Positions 8,514-18,586 are shown, counted from the stretch's first letter. The stretch: 33,072 nucleotides of DNA from a virus (IMGVR_UViG_3300035396_000152:1-33072); one strand, 5' to 3'. A program made the numbers and translations. The notes: generated from the letters alone by a model not told the origin.

Positions 8514-10324
8514 AAATCAACTCCTGAATAAATAGCAGTAGCAATCTTCCAGTCCGCCCTATCTGTATAGTAAGCGTCAAAACTTGTTTCATCAAGGTTA
8601 AGATATGACATAGAGGGTACAGATGTACGACAAAAATCCTCTACTATAGAAGATGGGTTTGTTACCAAAGTATCAGCTAAGTCATTAAAATAATTTATTG
8701 CTATTTTTCTTCCTGTGTTTCTTGCATACATTTTTACAGAAGTTAAATCAGCTTGAAACAATACTTTTATTTCAATCGAAATTATTTTAAGTATTAAAGT
8801 CATTACTTGATGGGGTGCAGAAAAAGTACCTCTAGCAACAAATGGATTGATTGTGAGTCCGCCTAGAAAAGACTCTAATGACGTTGAGTCAAACCCAGAA
8901 ACTTCTAGCTCTTCATCAAACGGTAGTTCTTGGTCTGGATCGGTTGTATATAGCGTGGGAGATAAGTAACTACCTCCTTTGTCGGCGTAAGCTATATTAA
9001 AACCTATTGCCGCACTGGCAACGTTGCCCCCCGTAGAGTCCGTTACTTTATTGTATGTTCCTATAAATCTAACTTTTGCAGAAGCTACATTAAAATCAGT
9101 TGACAATACCGAGTCACAAGAAGGAGAAAAAATAAAACCAGTGTACTTTGGATTGCTGGCAACCGTTCGGTGTCCTATTGTCAAAATCTGATTGCCACCA
9201 AAAAGCATTCCCAAACCAATAAAAGTTCCAGGCAAGCTACCAAGAAAAGGGTAAGCTAATGGCATTTGTCCGAAATTTTTTGCAGTCTTTATAGACAATC
9301 CTATTTCTGTGCTAGCTTTTCTATTTATTGCCCCACCCATATCTATTATTTTAACCGTGGTGCCAATTGCATGAGACGCTAAAACGCTATCGTATGCCGC
9401 TCTTGCACACCAAAGAACATAACCCGTATAGGGCGTATCCACATTATAAAGAGTTTTTGTTGTTTTAGCTATTAGAGGAAGTATTTCGTTGTCTACCATG
9501 AGACAATACGACTTGCTAGCAATATCGATATCGTTATAAACTGTTTCTGATATTTCCACCATCTTATTGTTATAGTTTACCGAATCAAGAACATACCGAA
9601 CCAGTGGAAAAGAGGCTACAGCTTTCAATATTTTTCCGTCTATTACGTTGTCTAGTTCATCGCTGTTGCCAGAAATAAATTGATATCCCCTTTTTGACGT
9701 TTTATCATAAAACCATAAAGATGCTGAGTCTGGCAAGTATCCAGCTATACCATAATAATAATATAAGACGTTGCTACTTGCCATTACAATAGGACAAAAA
9801 GCAAAATCGTCAGACCACACGCCGTTTACTATTGGATATATTTTCCCAGCATCTTCCTGATAGGCATCAGGCACAAAGTATCCTATTTCCGTATCAAACT
9901 GCTTTAATGTACCAATACATTCAATCTTAATTTTATGCAAATCGTTTTTATCAATAGCATTTATTTTTCCAGTAAAAAACACCTCACTTGTTAATATTGA
10001 CATGGTAGTTCCGTAACCCATACGAATTTCAACCGTTCTACCAACAAGATTATTTTGAGTAATGTTTCCATCTGTATTATAAATCTCAATTGATACGCTT
10101 GGAGTTTTTGCAAACGTCTCCTTATAAACATCAATACTTTGCTCAATATCGGATATATCAACAAGTCTACCGGCCTTTACATCATAGCCTGCAAGCGAAG
10201 CTGTGGGGATAGTTCCAAATGCCATTTGTGTAAAAGTATCAGATGTGTTAGGCTTTATGACTACAAGCCAGTAACAAGCACCGCCTGCTAAAATAGCGTT
10301 AAAGCCAGCGGAAAAGGTTCTCAT
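8510..10324 (-). CDS. Tail tip / baseplate hub protein
   Basis: VFFTGKI, GKIYPIVNG and NPSSIVE...LDETSF motifs; follows tape measure and Dit-like gene. Confidence 0.65.
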   Translation of the reverse strand: MRTFSAGFNAILAGGACYWLVVIKPNTSDTFTQMAFGTIPTASLAGYDVKAGRLVDISDIEQSIDVYKETFAKTPSVSIEIYNTDGNITQNNLVGRTVEIRMGYGTTMSILTSEVFFTGKINAIDKNDLHKIKIECIGTLKQFDTEIGYFVPDAYQEDAGKIYPIVNGVWSDDFAFCPIVMASSNVLYYYYGIAGYLPDSASLWFYDKTSKRGYQFISGNSDELDNVIDGKILKAVASFPLVRYVLDSVNYNNKMVEISETVYNDIDIASKSYCLMVDNEILPLIAKTTKTLYNVDTPYTGYVLWCARAAYDSVLASHAIGTTVKIIDMGGAINRKASTEIGLSIKTAKNFGQMPLAYPFLGSLPGTFIGLGMLFGGNQILTIGHRTVASNPKYTGFIFSPSCDSVLSTDFNVASAKVRFIGTYNKVTDSTGGNVASAAIGFNIAYADKGGSYLSPTLYTTDPDQELPFDEELEVSGFDSTSLESFLGGLTINPFVARGTFSAPHQVMTLILKIISIEIKVLFQADLTSVKMYARNTGRKIAINYFNDLADTLVTNPSSIVEDFCRTSVPSMSYLNLDETSFDAYYTDRADWKIATAIYSGVDL

Positions 10325-10734
10325 TATATTATTTTCCTATATGGTAAACGTATGTTGTATTTTCCTGGTGGAATAAACTCAAAAACTCCTTCAAGACTTT
10401 GGCCGCCACCATAATTACATGTTGTTAGGGCCGTGCCAGCACCACCCCCGATATCTGTAATCGAAGGAGGGGTAGGGGTAATCGTAAACTGTAAAAGCTG
10501 GAAAGTTACAGTATCTTTCAAGAAATTTCTTAGTGCGTCCCCTTCAGATTTTACCACGTTTTGTAAAACTATTTCACCGACAACAATATTTGGGCCTCCA
10601 TCGTAAACCTTCAGCACTCCATCAACCGTTTCTTGTGCGTATTGATTAAGTCTGCTCACTTTCCAATTGCTCATATAGGACGGATTCTTGTTAATGGTCA
10701 CAGTGGTTGTGCTGTATGTAAATGATATGGACAC
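10324..10734 (-). CDS. Distal tail (Dit-like) protein
   Basis: 136-aa beta-rich ORF coupled to tape measure stop; positional call. Confidence 0.5.
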   Translation of the reverse strand: MSISFTYSTTTVTINKNPSYMSNWKVSRLNQYAQETVDGVLKVYDGGPNIVVGEIVLQNVVKSEGDALRNFLKDTVTFQLLQFTITPTPPSITDIGGGAGTALTTCNYGGGQSLEGVFEFIPPGKYNIRLPYRKII

Positions 10735-12500
10735 TACCGGCTCCTTTCAGCGTCAATGGAAGTAATCAGATCGCGTGTAAACTCTTTGTTGCCGATAACA
10801 TTACCCTGTATGTAAACATTCACATTGCCAGAGTTACGAGTGCCAGCGGAAACGGCGCGATCTACTGCATCACGTCCGCCCATGCGTTGCACTTCCCTAA
10901 CAGAAACAACCCTTTCACCAGGGGAAAGCATGGCCGGAATATTGTCGCTTCGTGAATTGCCGTTGCCCGAAGTCCAGCCGCCGTCTGCAAACTTTTGGCT
11001 TGCAATTGTAGCCACTTGAGCCGCGCCCGTTATACCCGCTGCAATTGCTAACGGAGTCGCAAAGATGCCACCCTGTGCCAATATTTTCATTATTGCAGCA
11101 GAAGTGTTCATTATTGTTTCACCAATAAGGAGAGCTTGCGAAAGCTTGGCATTGCCCTTCAAGGCCGTGTTGAGTTGTGCAAACGCCCCGATCATTGTGC
11201 CAACAGTGTTAATCATGTTCAGCTTACGTTGTTGCTCCATCTGTATAGAAAGATCGTTATATTTTTTCTCCTCACTATATTTCCATGCAAAAAGCTCAAC
11301 TTCTTTCGCGGACGCCTCAGCTTCTGCGTCTGAATATTCTAGTCTAAGCAAGGCTCTTTCTTGTAGGTACTCTGAAACAGTTTGATTCTCTGTAGAATAC
11401 CTATCGACAATATTGTTGATTTCTTTATCTATACCGCCCCTATCCACTTCTTCATCTGAATCTTCAGCGATGCCTTTGCGAGGATTTTTTCTTTTAGCGC
11501 TTTCTGCAATTCTGGCATTTATTTCCACTATTCGATTTTTGTAATTAACAAGAGTGGCGTCAGATTGTGCTGCTACCGTTTCTATGCTTTTCATCGCTTC
11601 AGTAATGGCTTCGGAGCTTCCAAACTTAAGCGTCTTATAGGAAGCAAGTGTCTGACCATACGCAGCTACAACAGGGATTCCTGCAAGCATAGTTTCGTTA
11701 AGATTTACGAATGTTGGTAATACTTCTCCGTCAATAGCAAAATCAAGATCTGTAAATCCTTGCTCGACGGCGCCTGTAGAAACAAGCAGTTTGCCAAGAA
11801 CTTTATCTGCGATACTCATTGCAGCTTCAAAAAAAGGATTTTGAGTTATAATCCTACCTATGTTTTCTTGTAAATCATCAAATTTATTGCCGAGAGCAAT
11901 AATCGGCCCTCCTGCAAGCTTAGTGATCGCTTGCGCTTGACCCTCATACCTTTCGTTAAGTTTACCTAAAACTGCTTCCATTTTTTGGGAGCTTGTAAGG
12001 TTCTTGTCAATCTCTATTCCATCGCGTGCAAGGGCGTTAGTTTTACCAGCTATACTCTTACCAACCTTTTGTGCGGCGGCGTCTAAATCCATGCCTGTTG
12101 CTGTTGCCATATCTAAAATGGCAGGGGTAAGTCTAAGTATTTGGCTTTCTGACAATCGATATGTTGCAAGCAGTCCCTGCATTGACATTATATTATCATC
12201 TTCAAACCTAGTTAGACCCTGCAAAACAGAGGATTGTTCGTTTATTGCTGAAGAGGTATAACCAAGAGCAGTATTTAGTTTAGCTTGGGCAACAACAGAT
12301 GCATCAAAAGCTTTTACCGATGCAACACCAAAAGAAACAATCTTATCGGCTGCAAAATAAGCCGCGAAAGCAGCTCCGACCTGCTTGGCTGTAGAGCTAA
12401 GCTTCTCCATATTCTTATCAAGCTTGTTAACATTTTGTCCAAGCTGAACAATAACCGGATTCCCTTTGTCATCAATTGCGATTGTAAATTTTAAAGCCAT
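10734..12500 (-). CDS. Tail tape measure protein
   Basis: Ala-rich helical protein; DMATATGMDL, NKFDDLQENIG, C-terminal KFADGG...SDNIPAMLSPGE; follows chaperone genes. Confidence 0.9.
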   Translation of the reverse strand: MALKFTIAIDDKGNPVIVQLGQNVNKLDKNMEKLSSTAKQVGAAFAAYFAADKIVSFGVASVKAFDASVVAQAKLNTALGYTSSAINEQSSVLQGLTRFEDDNIMSMQGLLATYRLSESQILRLTPAILDMATATGMDLDAAAQKVGKSIAGKTNALARDGIEIDKNLTSSQKMEAVLGKLNERYEGQAQAITKLAGGPIIALGNKFDDLQENIGRIITQNPFFEAAMSIADKVLGKLLVSTGAVEQGFTDLDFAIDGEVLPTFVNLNETMLAGIPVVAAYGQTLASYKTLKFGSSEAITEAMKSIETVAAQSDATLVNYKNRIVEINARIAESAKRKNPRKGIAEDSDEEVDRGGIDKEINNIVDRYSTENQTVSEYLQERALLRLEYSDAEAEASAKEVELFAWKYSEEKKYNDLSIQMEQQRKLNMINTVGTMIGAFAQLNTALKGNAKLSQALLIGETIMNTSAAIMKILAQGGIFATPLAIAAGITGAAQVATIASQKFADGGWTSGNGNSRSDNIPAMLSPGERVVSVREVQRMGGRDAVDRAVSAGTRNSGNVNVYIQGNVIGNKEFTRDLITSIDAERSR

Positions 12501-12502
12501 AA

Positions 12503-12886
12503 TTATTTTCTTTTTATTTCTTCCAGTTTAGTACGGCGTTCATCTCTAATTCTTTCCCTGAATCGCAATAATGAATGTTCGATACATACCCAAAACTCGG
12601 ACGTTTCCATTGCCAATTCTGTTGATCGCAACAATTCAGGCAGCATGCTAATAGAGGGCATACAATCACCGTCAAGAGGGGAGATATTGATCGCCCTGAT
12701 AAACACATTCCAAAATTCTGATAATCCTCCGTACCGTACAAGAAGGGCAGGGTTTTCATCAAACGTCGGATCGAGAACATAGGGACACCTCCCTTTTACT
12801 TTGTCGCAGTCTCGCTGGCATTGACTACAGTGGCCGGGGTGCCATCGGTACTCAACTGTGAGGTCAAGCCAGCTTTCGAGTTTCCC
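12503..12886 (-). CDS. -1 frameshift extension of tail assembly chaperone (gpGT-like)
   Basis: Slippery G GGA AAC at 12886-12880; the -1 frame is open from there to the stop at 12503. Confidence 0.8.
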   Translation of the reverse strand, partial: GKLESWLDLTVEYRWHPGHCSQCQRDCDKVKGRCPYVLDPTFDENPALLVRYGGLSEFWNVFIRAINISPLDGDCMPSISMLPELLRSTELAMETSEFWVCIEHSLLRFRERIRDERRTKLEEIKRK

Positions 12887-13341
12887 AGAGGCCCTCTGAT
12901 AAATGTCAAAACCTTATCGACTACTTTACTATCTTCAAAGGCTGAATCTGCTATGATGGATTGAGTATCAACATTGAACTCAATCGGCTCCCCCGTTTCC
13001 TCATTAACAACACCTTCCCAGCCACAAATAGTAGCGGCCATTGCTGCAATTCCTATTTTTGTTGCAAGTTTATTGTTTGTGCGATTGGCTATTGACGCTA
13101 AAACAGTAATTTCCTTTTCGATGCGTTCTTTGCCTTCTTGGTCTGGAGTTATTTTTAATTCCTCCCTTTTTTCTGCAAGCTCTTTTTTCGCAACCTCTTC
13201 AAGTTTTGCATCCGATAAGCTGGTAACAAAAGTCTTTTCTACAGCATCTGCTATTTCCTTTTTCTGTTCTTTTGTTAACTGCTTTAATTTTAAAACAGCC
13301 CCTTCTTTCCACTCTACAGTTGCGGTCATTGCTATTTTCAT
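12796..13341 (-). CDS. Tail assembly chaperone (gpG-like)
   Basis: Between tail tube and tape measure; ICGWEGV...GEPIEF motif; slippery site near 3' end. Confidence 0.8.
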   Translation of the reverse strand: MKIAMTATVEWKEGAVLKLKQLTKEQKKEIADAVEKTFVTSLSDAKLEEVAKKELAEKREELKITPDQEGKERIEKEITVLASIANRTNNKLATKIGIAAMAATICGWEGVVNEETGEPIEFNVDTQSIIADSAFEDSKVVDKVLTFIRGPLGNSKAGLTSQLSTDGTPATVVNASETATK

Positions 13342-13343
13342 AA

Positions 13344-14471
13344 TTACTCCCTCCTCATTTCGTTTGTGCTATTTGTGTTTTTGGTTATACAAAACAAAGG
13401 GCCATTCTGTAAAAGTGCGTTCGTTCCAATTTCGGAGGTAAAAGGATTGCTTGTTGGTTGTTTGCCTGCCATAAAGGTAATTGGCAACCGTGCAACATCG
13501 TCTCCCGTAGGAGCCGTGTCAGATATTACAAGGCTTGGCAAGTATAAGCCAAACTCATACGATCCATAAGTCCAGACGGCTTTCATAGCGCACTGCTGGA
13601 AAGAGTCTCTATAAGCGAGGTAGGTATCAACCGAGTGCTTCGAAAGTACTATTTCCGCTTGTACCTGATAGTGTCCGCTCAATACCGGCATTGAAGTAAC
13701 AAGTCCACTCTGGCTGTCTCTGTCAACAAATTGTGGCTTATCTACAGATATGTTAATGCTCTTTACTCCAAGCGTAACAAGGGAACCTGATGGCCCCAAA
13801 GCTAGAGAAAGGTTGTGATGTGGGATTGCAAGACTTGAGCCTGCCACGCCAGCCCCAAAAGTCCAAGCAGCTGAATTGTAGCTACCGCGATCTTCACGGG
13901 ATGCTATCCCTTTTGCGTTCCAACTTAAAAGGCCATTAGCCTCTGAAGAAAAACCGAAACCACTGCAAATCAAAAAAGGATATCGATGATCGTTCGGCCC
14001 CATCTTTCTAGCAAGCACGGCAAAGCGATTTTTACGGTCAAGAGCGTTGTAATCACCAGCCGTTTGTTCGTCAGAGCGATACGCTGCAAACTCCGTCTCA
14101 TTGCGATCAAGCTCAAACAAATGTTTATAGTATCCACCACCCAGAGAAACAGGGGAGTTGCCGGGCTTTTCCCAGCCAAACATCCAGTATAGCAAAGAAT
14201 CTAAACCGTGATACCGAAGCTTTCCTTCCATAGCATCAACAGAGGCGCTTAAGCCCGTCTGTACAGGCAAATCTTTAAACGCTAACCCTTCGATGCTGTC
14301 ATCTTCGGCGGTTTCCGAGACACCTTTAGGATTCATTGACGTGTAGGGAAAGGCGTGTCCAGCTCCAAGCTCTAAAATTGTTGAGCCGTTATGTACAAAT
14401 GAATTGCCGGCTTGCAATCCAGGCATTAACCGGAAAGCCCCTATCTGTTCGTGTTTTATTGACTCTGCCAT
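13344..14471 (-). CDS. Tail tube-like protein, copy 2
   Basis: Position before chaperone; Y.H.F motif; collinear similarity to 14487..15452. Confidence 0.65.
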   Translation of the reverse strand: MAESIKHEQIGAFRLMPGLQAGNSFVHNGSTILELGAGHAFPYTSMNPKGVSETAEDDSIEGLAFKDLPVQTGLSASVDAMEGKLRYHGLDSLLYWMFGWEKPGNSPVSLGGGYYKHLFELDRNETEFAAYRSDEQTAGDYNALDRKNRFAVLARKMGPNDHRYPFLICSGFGFSSEANGLLSWNAKGIASREDRGSYNSAAWTFGAGVAGSSLAIPHHNLSLALGPSGSLVTLGVKSINISVDKPQFVDRDSQSGLVTSMPVLSGHYQVQAEIVLSKHSVDTYLAYRDSFQQCAMKAVWTYGSYEFGLYLPSLVISDTAPTGDDVARLPITFMAGKQPTSNPFTSEIGTNALLQNGPLFCITKNTNSTNEMRRE

Positions 14472-14486
14472 TTTGTATATCCTTGA

Positions 14487-15452
14487 TTAACTGTTTACGC
14501 ACTCAAACTGTATAGGAGCGTTAAATGTCATATTTCCGTTATCATATGCAGCGCTTGACACTCCGTTGCGGCCAACTATGCACGCAGGATCAATTCTGCC
14601 TTTGTCGTCACTCGACACGGGGGCTTCAGACATTATGAAATTTGGAATCCTTACAATCAGATATGCAGCTGCACCAGCGTAAAACTTAGCCTCTAGTTGG
14701 AGCGGCGTTCTTGCATCGGCAAAAGCCTTGAAAGCATCGGTCGTATGTTCCGCAATCTGGAAAGCAAGAGACACCTCAGCCATTGCACTTTTAGGCTGTA
14801 GTTGTGTTTGAGAGTTCACGGAATCCATTGCGAAATTCCAGTTGATGCTAAACTCGCAGCTCTTAATACTCAAATTGTCTCCAGCTGCCAGAGCGTCCGC
14901 CTGATCCCCTACGCGGAAATAACCATTCGTACCACCAGCATGTTGATGTAAAAGCTCTGTACCGGGGCTTGTTGTGATAGTTGGGAAAGCCGTATCGTCT
15001 CGCACTTCTGCAATACAAGATATAGGATCAAAGCTCAACTTAAGCTTCCCGTCCGATTGGCTGGAAAGTTTGAAATTGTTCATCACGATACCAGCGTGCT
15101 TGTTTGTTTTAATAGCATCTAAAACGCAAGAAGACATTGACTTTGGATTGCTTGTCATTATTGGCGTGTAAACATTACCGGCCGCAGCCTGTCCGCAAAT
15201 TTGACGGAGGAACAATGGCAGCGTATTAACTTCTGCATTAACCTCTATTCCAGATCCACCCAAAGAGCGGACACCCTGAAGAGGTAGATTTTTAAAAGCC
15301 GTTCCAACATTTGCATCGTCTTCAATCATTGCAAATGACTGCTTAGGCATGGCTCCCATAAAAGGAATCAAATATGTTGGTGCAACATAAACACCATAAC
15401 TAGATTCGTCAACCAGCGCCATTTTCATTAAGATTTTTTTTGTCTCTGCCAT
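14487..15452 (-). CDS. Tail tube-like protein, copy 1
   Basis: ESSYG...APT..IPF N-terminus; KHAGI..NNFKLS...GKLKLSF; LIVRIPN C-terminus. Confidence 0.7.
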   Translation of the reverse strand: MAETKKILMKMALVDESSYGVYVAPTYLIPFMGAMPKQSFAMIEDDANVGTAFKNLPLQGVRSLGGSGIEVNAEVNTLPLFLRQICGQAAAGNVYTPIMTSNPKSMSSCVLDAIKTNKHAGIVMNNFKLSSQSDGKLKLSFDPISCIAEVRDDTAFPTITTSPGTELLHQHAGGTNGYFRVGDQADALAAGDNLSIKSCEFSINWNFAMDSVNSQTQLQPKSAMAEVSLAFQIAEHTTDAFKAFADARTPLQLEAKFYAGAAAYLIVRIPNFIMSEAPVSSDDKGRIDPACIVGRNGVSSAAYDNGNMTFNAPIQFECVNS

Positions 15453-15467
15453 ATTATTACCTCAAGT

Positions 15468-17510
15468 TTAAAGTTCAGTATCTTCAGTATCTACTCTAAA
15501 AGAAACCGCTATTGCAGTTGTGTTAACCCCGTCTCTAAATATCTCATACATCGGAATGTCGGAAAATTGTGCATTCGTAAAAACGTAACCATTACATGGA
15601 TATGTTGCTGTTTTGCGATCTAGAAAAGAATACATCATGCGCAATACAGCAGAACCAATCCTTGAAACATCAATCATGTCTTGTCCGCTCTTGCGATTGT
15701 CGGTTGATGTTTTAACGTGCAGCCATATCCCGAAAGTTATATCCCCCGTAATCTCTCTCTGTGAATCATACTCACCGCCCGTTGCACCGCGTTCACCTGG
15801 CTCTATAGCAACACAGGGGAAACCGCCATTTTCAAACCTATTATCAAGATCAAAAATTCTGCCAATCTGAACATTATCAGAAGAGAAAACGGCAACGCCG
15901 GAATCTTTTATTTCTAGAACCGCGTCTCTTATAGCGATAGCCAGATCGCCAATAGCTGTTTTCTCTGGCACGTCAAAAACTGCCCACGATTTTATTGTGT
16001 AAGAATCTTCAGAACTTCCAGTGTCGTTTTCCGCAAGAACTCTATAAGTGTACGATGTGTCAAGCTCAACAGTATCTTCATATTCGTTTACGGTTGATGT
16101 TGTTAAAAGCAACGTCACACCGCGATAAAGTTTTATAGTACTAAAGCCAGATCCGCCTTGCCAGCGTATAAGGATTTTACGGAAAGCAGTGTTTGCTGCC
16201 GATACTACAATAGCCCCAGGAGCCGTTGCCCCTGCCTGAACCGTTACCGCCCCGTACCTTGTCGCCGTTCCAGCTGTGCTTATAGTGACCAAATCTTTTT
16301 GTCCAGATGTAAGCGCTCCAAAAGTAGCATTGACTACCGTTCCGCTTACTATGCTAATTGACGACGCAGCCACGCTACCAAGGGTCACGGCTCCCGCAGT
16401 CAGTCCGGCGGCGGAATCAGTATCTGCATAGGTAATAACAATAGTTCCGCCTGTCGTTGGAAGAATATTTGGAACTACGCTTAATATAGAAGGATAGATC
16501 ACATCGGAGCCTGAAACGCCAGCCGTTTCACCGTATAAAAATCCATTTCTCGGTATTATGTTCCTGCGTGTAGGAACTTTAGCAATCTGATTTAAATTAG
16601 CATCTGTAGGGTCGTAAGCTAGTATTGTTTCTCGGCCTATGCGTGGTTTTCCAGTTGTCGTTGTTCTTGGAGTCGGAACATTATAGTACGTAATATTATC
16701 AAGATTATAGTTTGATGCTATACCAATTATACCGATAGGTGAATTTTTAATAAGTAAGTTTAATATTGTACTGCTTGTAGCTGATGCGGTTATCGCATTT
16801 ACTGAAAAGTTATCAAAAAGAGACCCTATAATGTAATTGGTTGCCGCACAAAGTAAGCCTCTTGCTCCGTTTGCTATAATACAATCAGACATACAAGATG
16901 CCGATGGTATAGCTACCTGATAATCTCCACCATTATTTCTAATATCAAGAGCATGTAAATTCATTGAATTTAAAGTTCCGCTATACGTAATCCCCCTGTT
17001 TACATTATTTGAATAGTTGCCGCGATTAAATCTCCAAATACTAGAACTTTGGATGAAAGAATGTAAACCATGCCGTCCTGCTCTTTTAGAGTCACAATCA
17101 GTAAATGTTAAGTGAGTGCTTACAGTTGTTAGTCCTTGTACATTATCTTCAGTGGCCCTATCGAATGTTAGACCTACAAACTCCACGTAAGCACAATCAA
17201 TTATTTGCAATACGTTTAATAGTGTTGCGTTTCCGTCAAGTATAAATCTATCTGTCATAGACAAAGGATCGCCAGCCGCATTTGTAATTCTGATTGTCGG
17301 CATAAATGTCGTTGGTGCACCTTTTAGCCCACTTAACACAATTGGAACTGTTGGTATAACTCCTGTTAGCGTTGGTACGATGTTGAGTATATAATATGTT
17401 GCGCTTAATGCAGCAAAAGCAGTATTGATATCATTGTAAGCAGTAGCGTAAGAGTCTCCGTTTCCCCCTGCGCCTGCCGATGGATCATACCATTTATAAG
17501 GTGCTGCCAT
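15468..17510 (-). CDS. Beta-helix + IPT/FN3-like domains fused to a tail-terminator-like C-terminal domain
   Basis: N-terminal GNG.SYATAY..I..A lead-in and Asn/Gly/Ile-rich beta-helix repeats; PSILSVVPN..PTTGGTIVIT (IPT); IRW...KLYRG...YEDT...TSYTYRVLAEN (FN3); C-terminal AIRDAV...FPCVAIEPGE...ITFGIWLHV. Confidence 0.65.
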   Translation of the reverse strand: MAAPYKWYDPSAGAGGNGDSYATAYNDINTAFAALSATYYILNIVPTLTGVIPTVPIVLSGLKGAPTTFMPTIRITNAAGDPLSMTDRFILDGNATLLNVLQIIDCAYVEFVGLTFDRATEDNVQGLTTVSTHLTFTDCDSKRAGRHGLHSFIQSSSIWRFNRGNYSNNVNRGITYSGTLNSMNLHALDIRNNGGDYQVAIPSASCMSDCIIANGARGLLCAATNYIIGSLFDNFSVNAITASATSSTILNLLIKNSPIGIIGIASNYNLDNITYYNVPTPRTTTTGKPRIGRETILAYDPTDANLNQIAKVPTRRNIIPRNGFLYGETAGVSGSDVIYPSILSVVPNILPTTGGTIVITYADTDSAAGLTAGAVTLGSVAASSISIVSGTVVNATFGALTSGQKDLVTISTAGTATRYGAVTVQAGATAPGAIVVSAANTAFRKILIRWQGGSGFSTIKLYRGVTLLLTTSTVNEYEDTVELDTSYTYRVLAENDTGSSEDSYTIKSWAVFDVPEKTAIGDLAIAIRDAVLEIKDSGVAVFSSDNVQIGRIFDLDNRFENGGFPCVAIEPGERGATGGEYDSQREITGDITFGIWLHVKTSTDNRKSGQDMIDVSRIGSAVLRMMYSFLDRKTATYPCNGYVFTNAQFSDIPMYEIFRDGVNTTAIAVSFRVDTEDTEL

Positions 17511-17896
17511 TAGTTAGCCTCCATAACGCCACTAAACTCTTCGGAGGTAAATGCTTCAGATAATGCAACTTTAACAGCTAGTGGGTTTTTATAGGCAAGA
17601 GGTTTTATTTCCATAAGTTTTTCCAGAGCGCTATCTTTTATTGAAGTGAAGTTATCAATAGGAATATCAATGATAACTTCTTTGTCTTTTTGGCCATAAG
17701 CGCAAGTTGACAAATCGACGGTTACATTTTCAGGAAATAGGCAGTTCCAAACATTGCTATTTGTAATTATTATGTTAGCCGTAACATCTTGCAACATCGG
17801 AGTATTGGCTTTATCTTGCGATATATTCACGCCGTCAATAACATCGCCGTCCTGTAGTTGTGGCATTGCCCAGCTGGTAATGTTATAATGGGTCAT
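17510..17896 (-). CDS. Hypothetical protein (virion module)
   Basis: 128-aa ORF translationally coupled on both sides. Confidence 0.65.
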   Translation of the reverse strand: MTHYNITSWAMPQLQDGDVIDGVNISQDKANTPMLQDVTANIIITNSNVWNCLFPENVTVDLSTCAYGQKDKEVIIDIPIDNFTSIKDSALEKLMEIKPLAYKNPLAVKVALSEAFTSEEFSGVMEAN

Positions 17897-18531
17897 AGCC
17901 TTGCCCTTCCGAGAGATTCGTTAATCGCCTTAAGCGCCTCTTGTGGAAGCTTGGATTCAAAAACACTTTGAAGAGCTGGATAAAAGAACATTCGACCACT
18001 TAGCCTTTCCAAATCTAACCGCCTTTTCATGTCTCTAGTTGGCCCTGCATCTTTTACAAAAGCATCTAGCAAATAAGTCATTACTACACCTTGCAGTTGC
18101 GGACGTATTTTAAAGTCAAGATGTGAGTTGGAAACATTTAATTTAGTAGCCTGTCTAGCTGTTATGTTCCACTTGCCATGCTGTCTAAAAACGTCTTTAA
18201 GAGCGCCCGTTCTTTCCGTTACCTTGCCATTCGTGGAAGGTTGCATCTTATAAAGAGGAACCCACCGCGCTCTTGTTCCTCCACCTTCTTTTGCTACTCG
18301 CTGGACAGTCCAAGCATAATACTGAGTTTTGCCCTGCCAAGTTACTTTCTTTATTCTTGCACCTGGCACGTTTCGCGGAATAATATTTTCCGCTGCCTGT
18401 CTTTTAATCTCATCCATTACGACTGTAAAATGCTTAAGCAGAGAGAGATTGTATTCTTTCCCTACTTTGTCTAACGCACGAACAAACGCGCCTGCATTAG
18501 AATTGACAACTTTTGTTCTTGATACAGCCAT
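17893..18531 (-). CDS. Basic neck / tail-completion protein (HK97 gp10-like, tentative)
   Basis: RTGALK and R.FFYPAL motifs; start moved to MAVSRT (18531) because the upstream extension overlaps a hairpin. Confidence 0.55.
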   Translation of the reverse strand: MAVSRTKVVNSNAGAFVRALDKVGKEYNLSLLKHFTVVMDEIKRQAAENIIPRNVPGARIKKVTWQGKTQYYAWTVQRVAKEGGGTRARWVPLYKMQPSTNGKVTERTGALKDVFRQHGKWNITARQATKLNVSNSHLDFKIRPQLQGVVMTYLLDAFVKDAGPTRDMKRRLDLERLSGRMFFYPALQSVFESKLPQEALKAINESLGRARL

Positions 18532-18544
18532 AAAGTAGTCCTTG

Positions 18545-18586
18545 CTAAAATGGAGGCAATAGCAGAATAAATCTACCATTGCCCCC
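18545..18586 (-). terminator. Hairpin/terminator after major capsid gene
   Basis: GGGGGCAATGGTAGA-TTTAT-TCTGCTATTGCCTCC followed by ATTTT. Confidence 0.6.

Noticed and set aside
12514-12780. 88-aa ORF after the tail chaperone with a GGGAGG upstream
   Set aside because: It overlaps the -1 frameshift frame, which better fits the canonical G/GT arrangement; not fully excluded.
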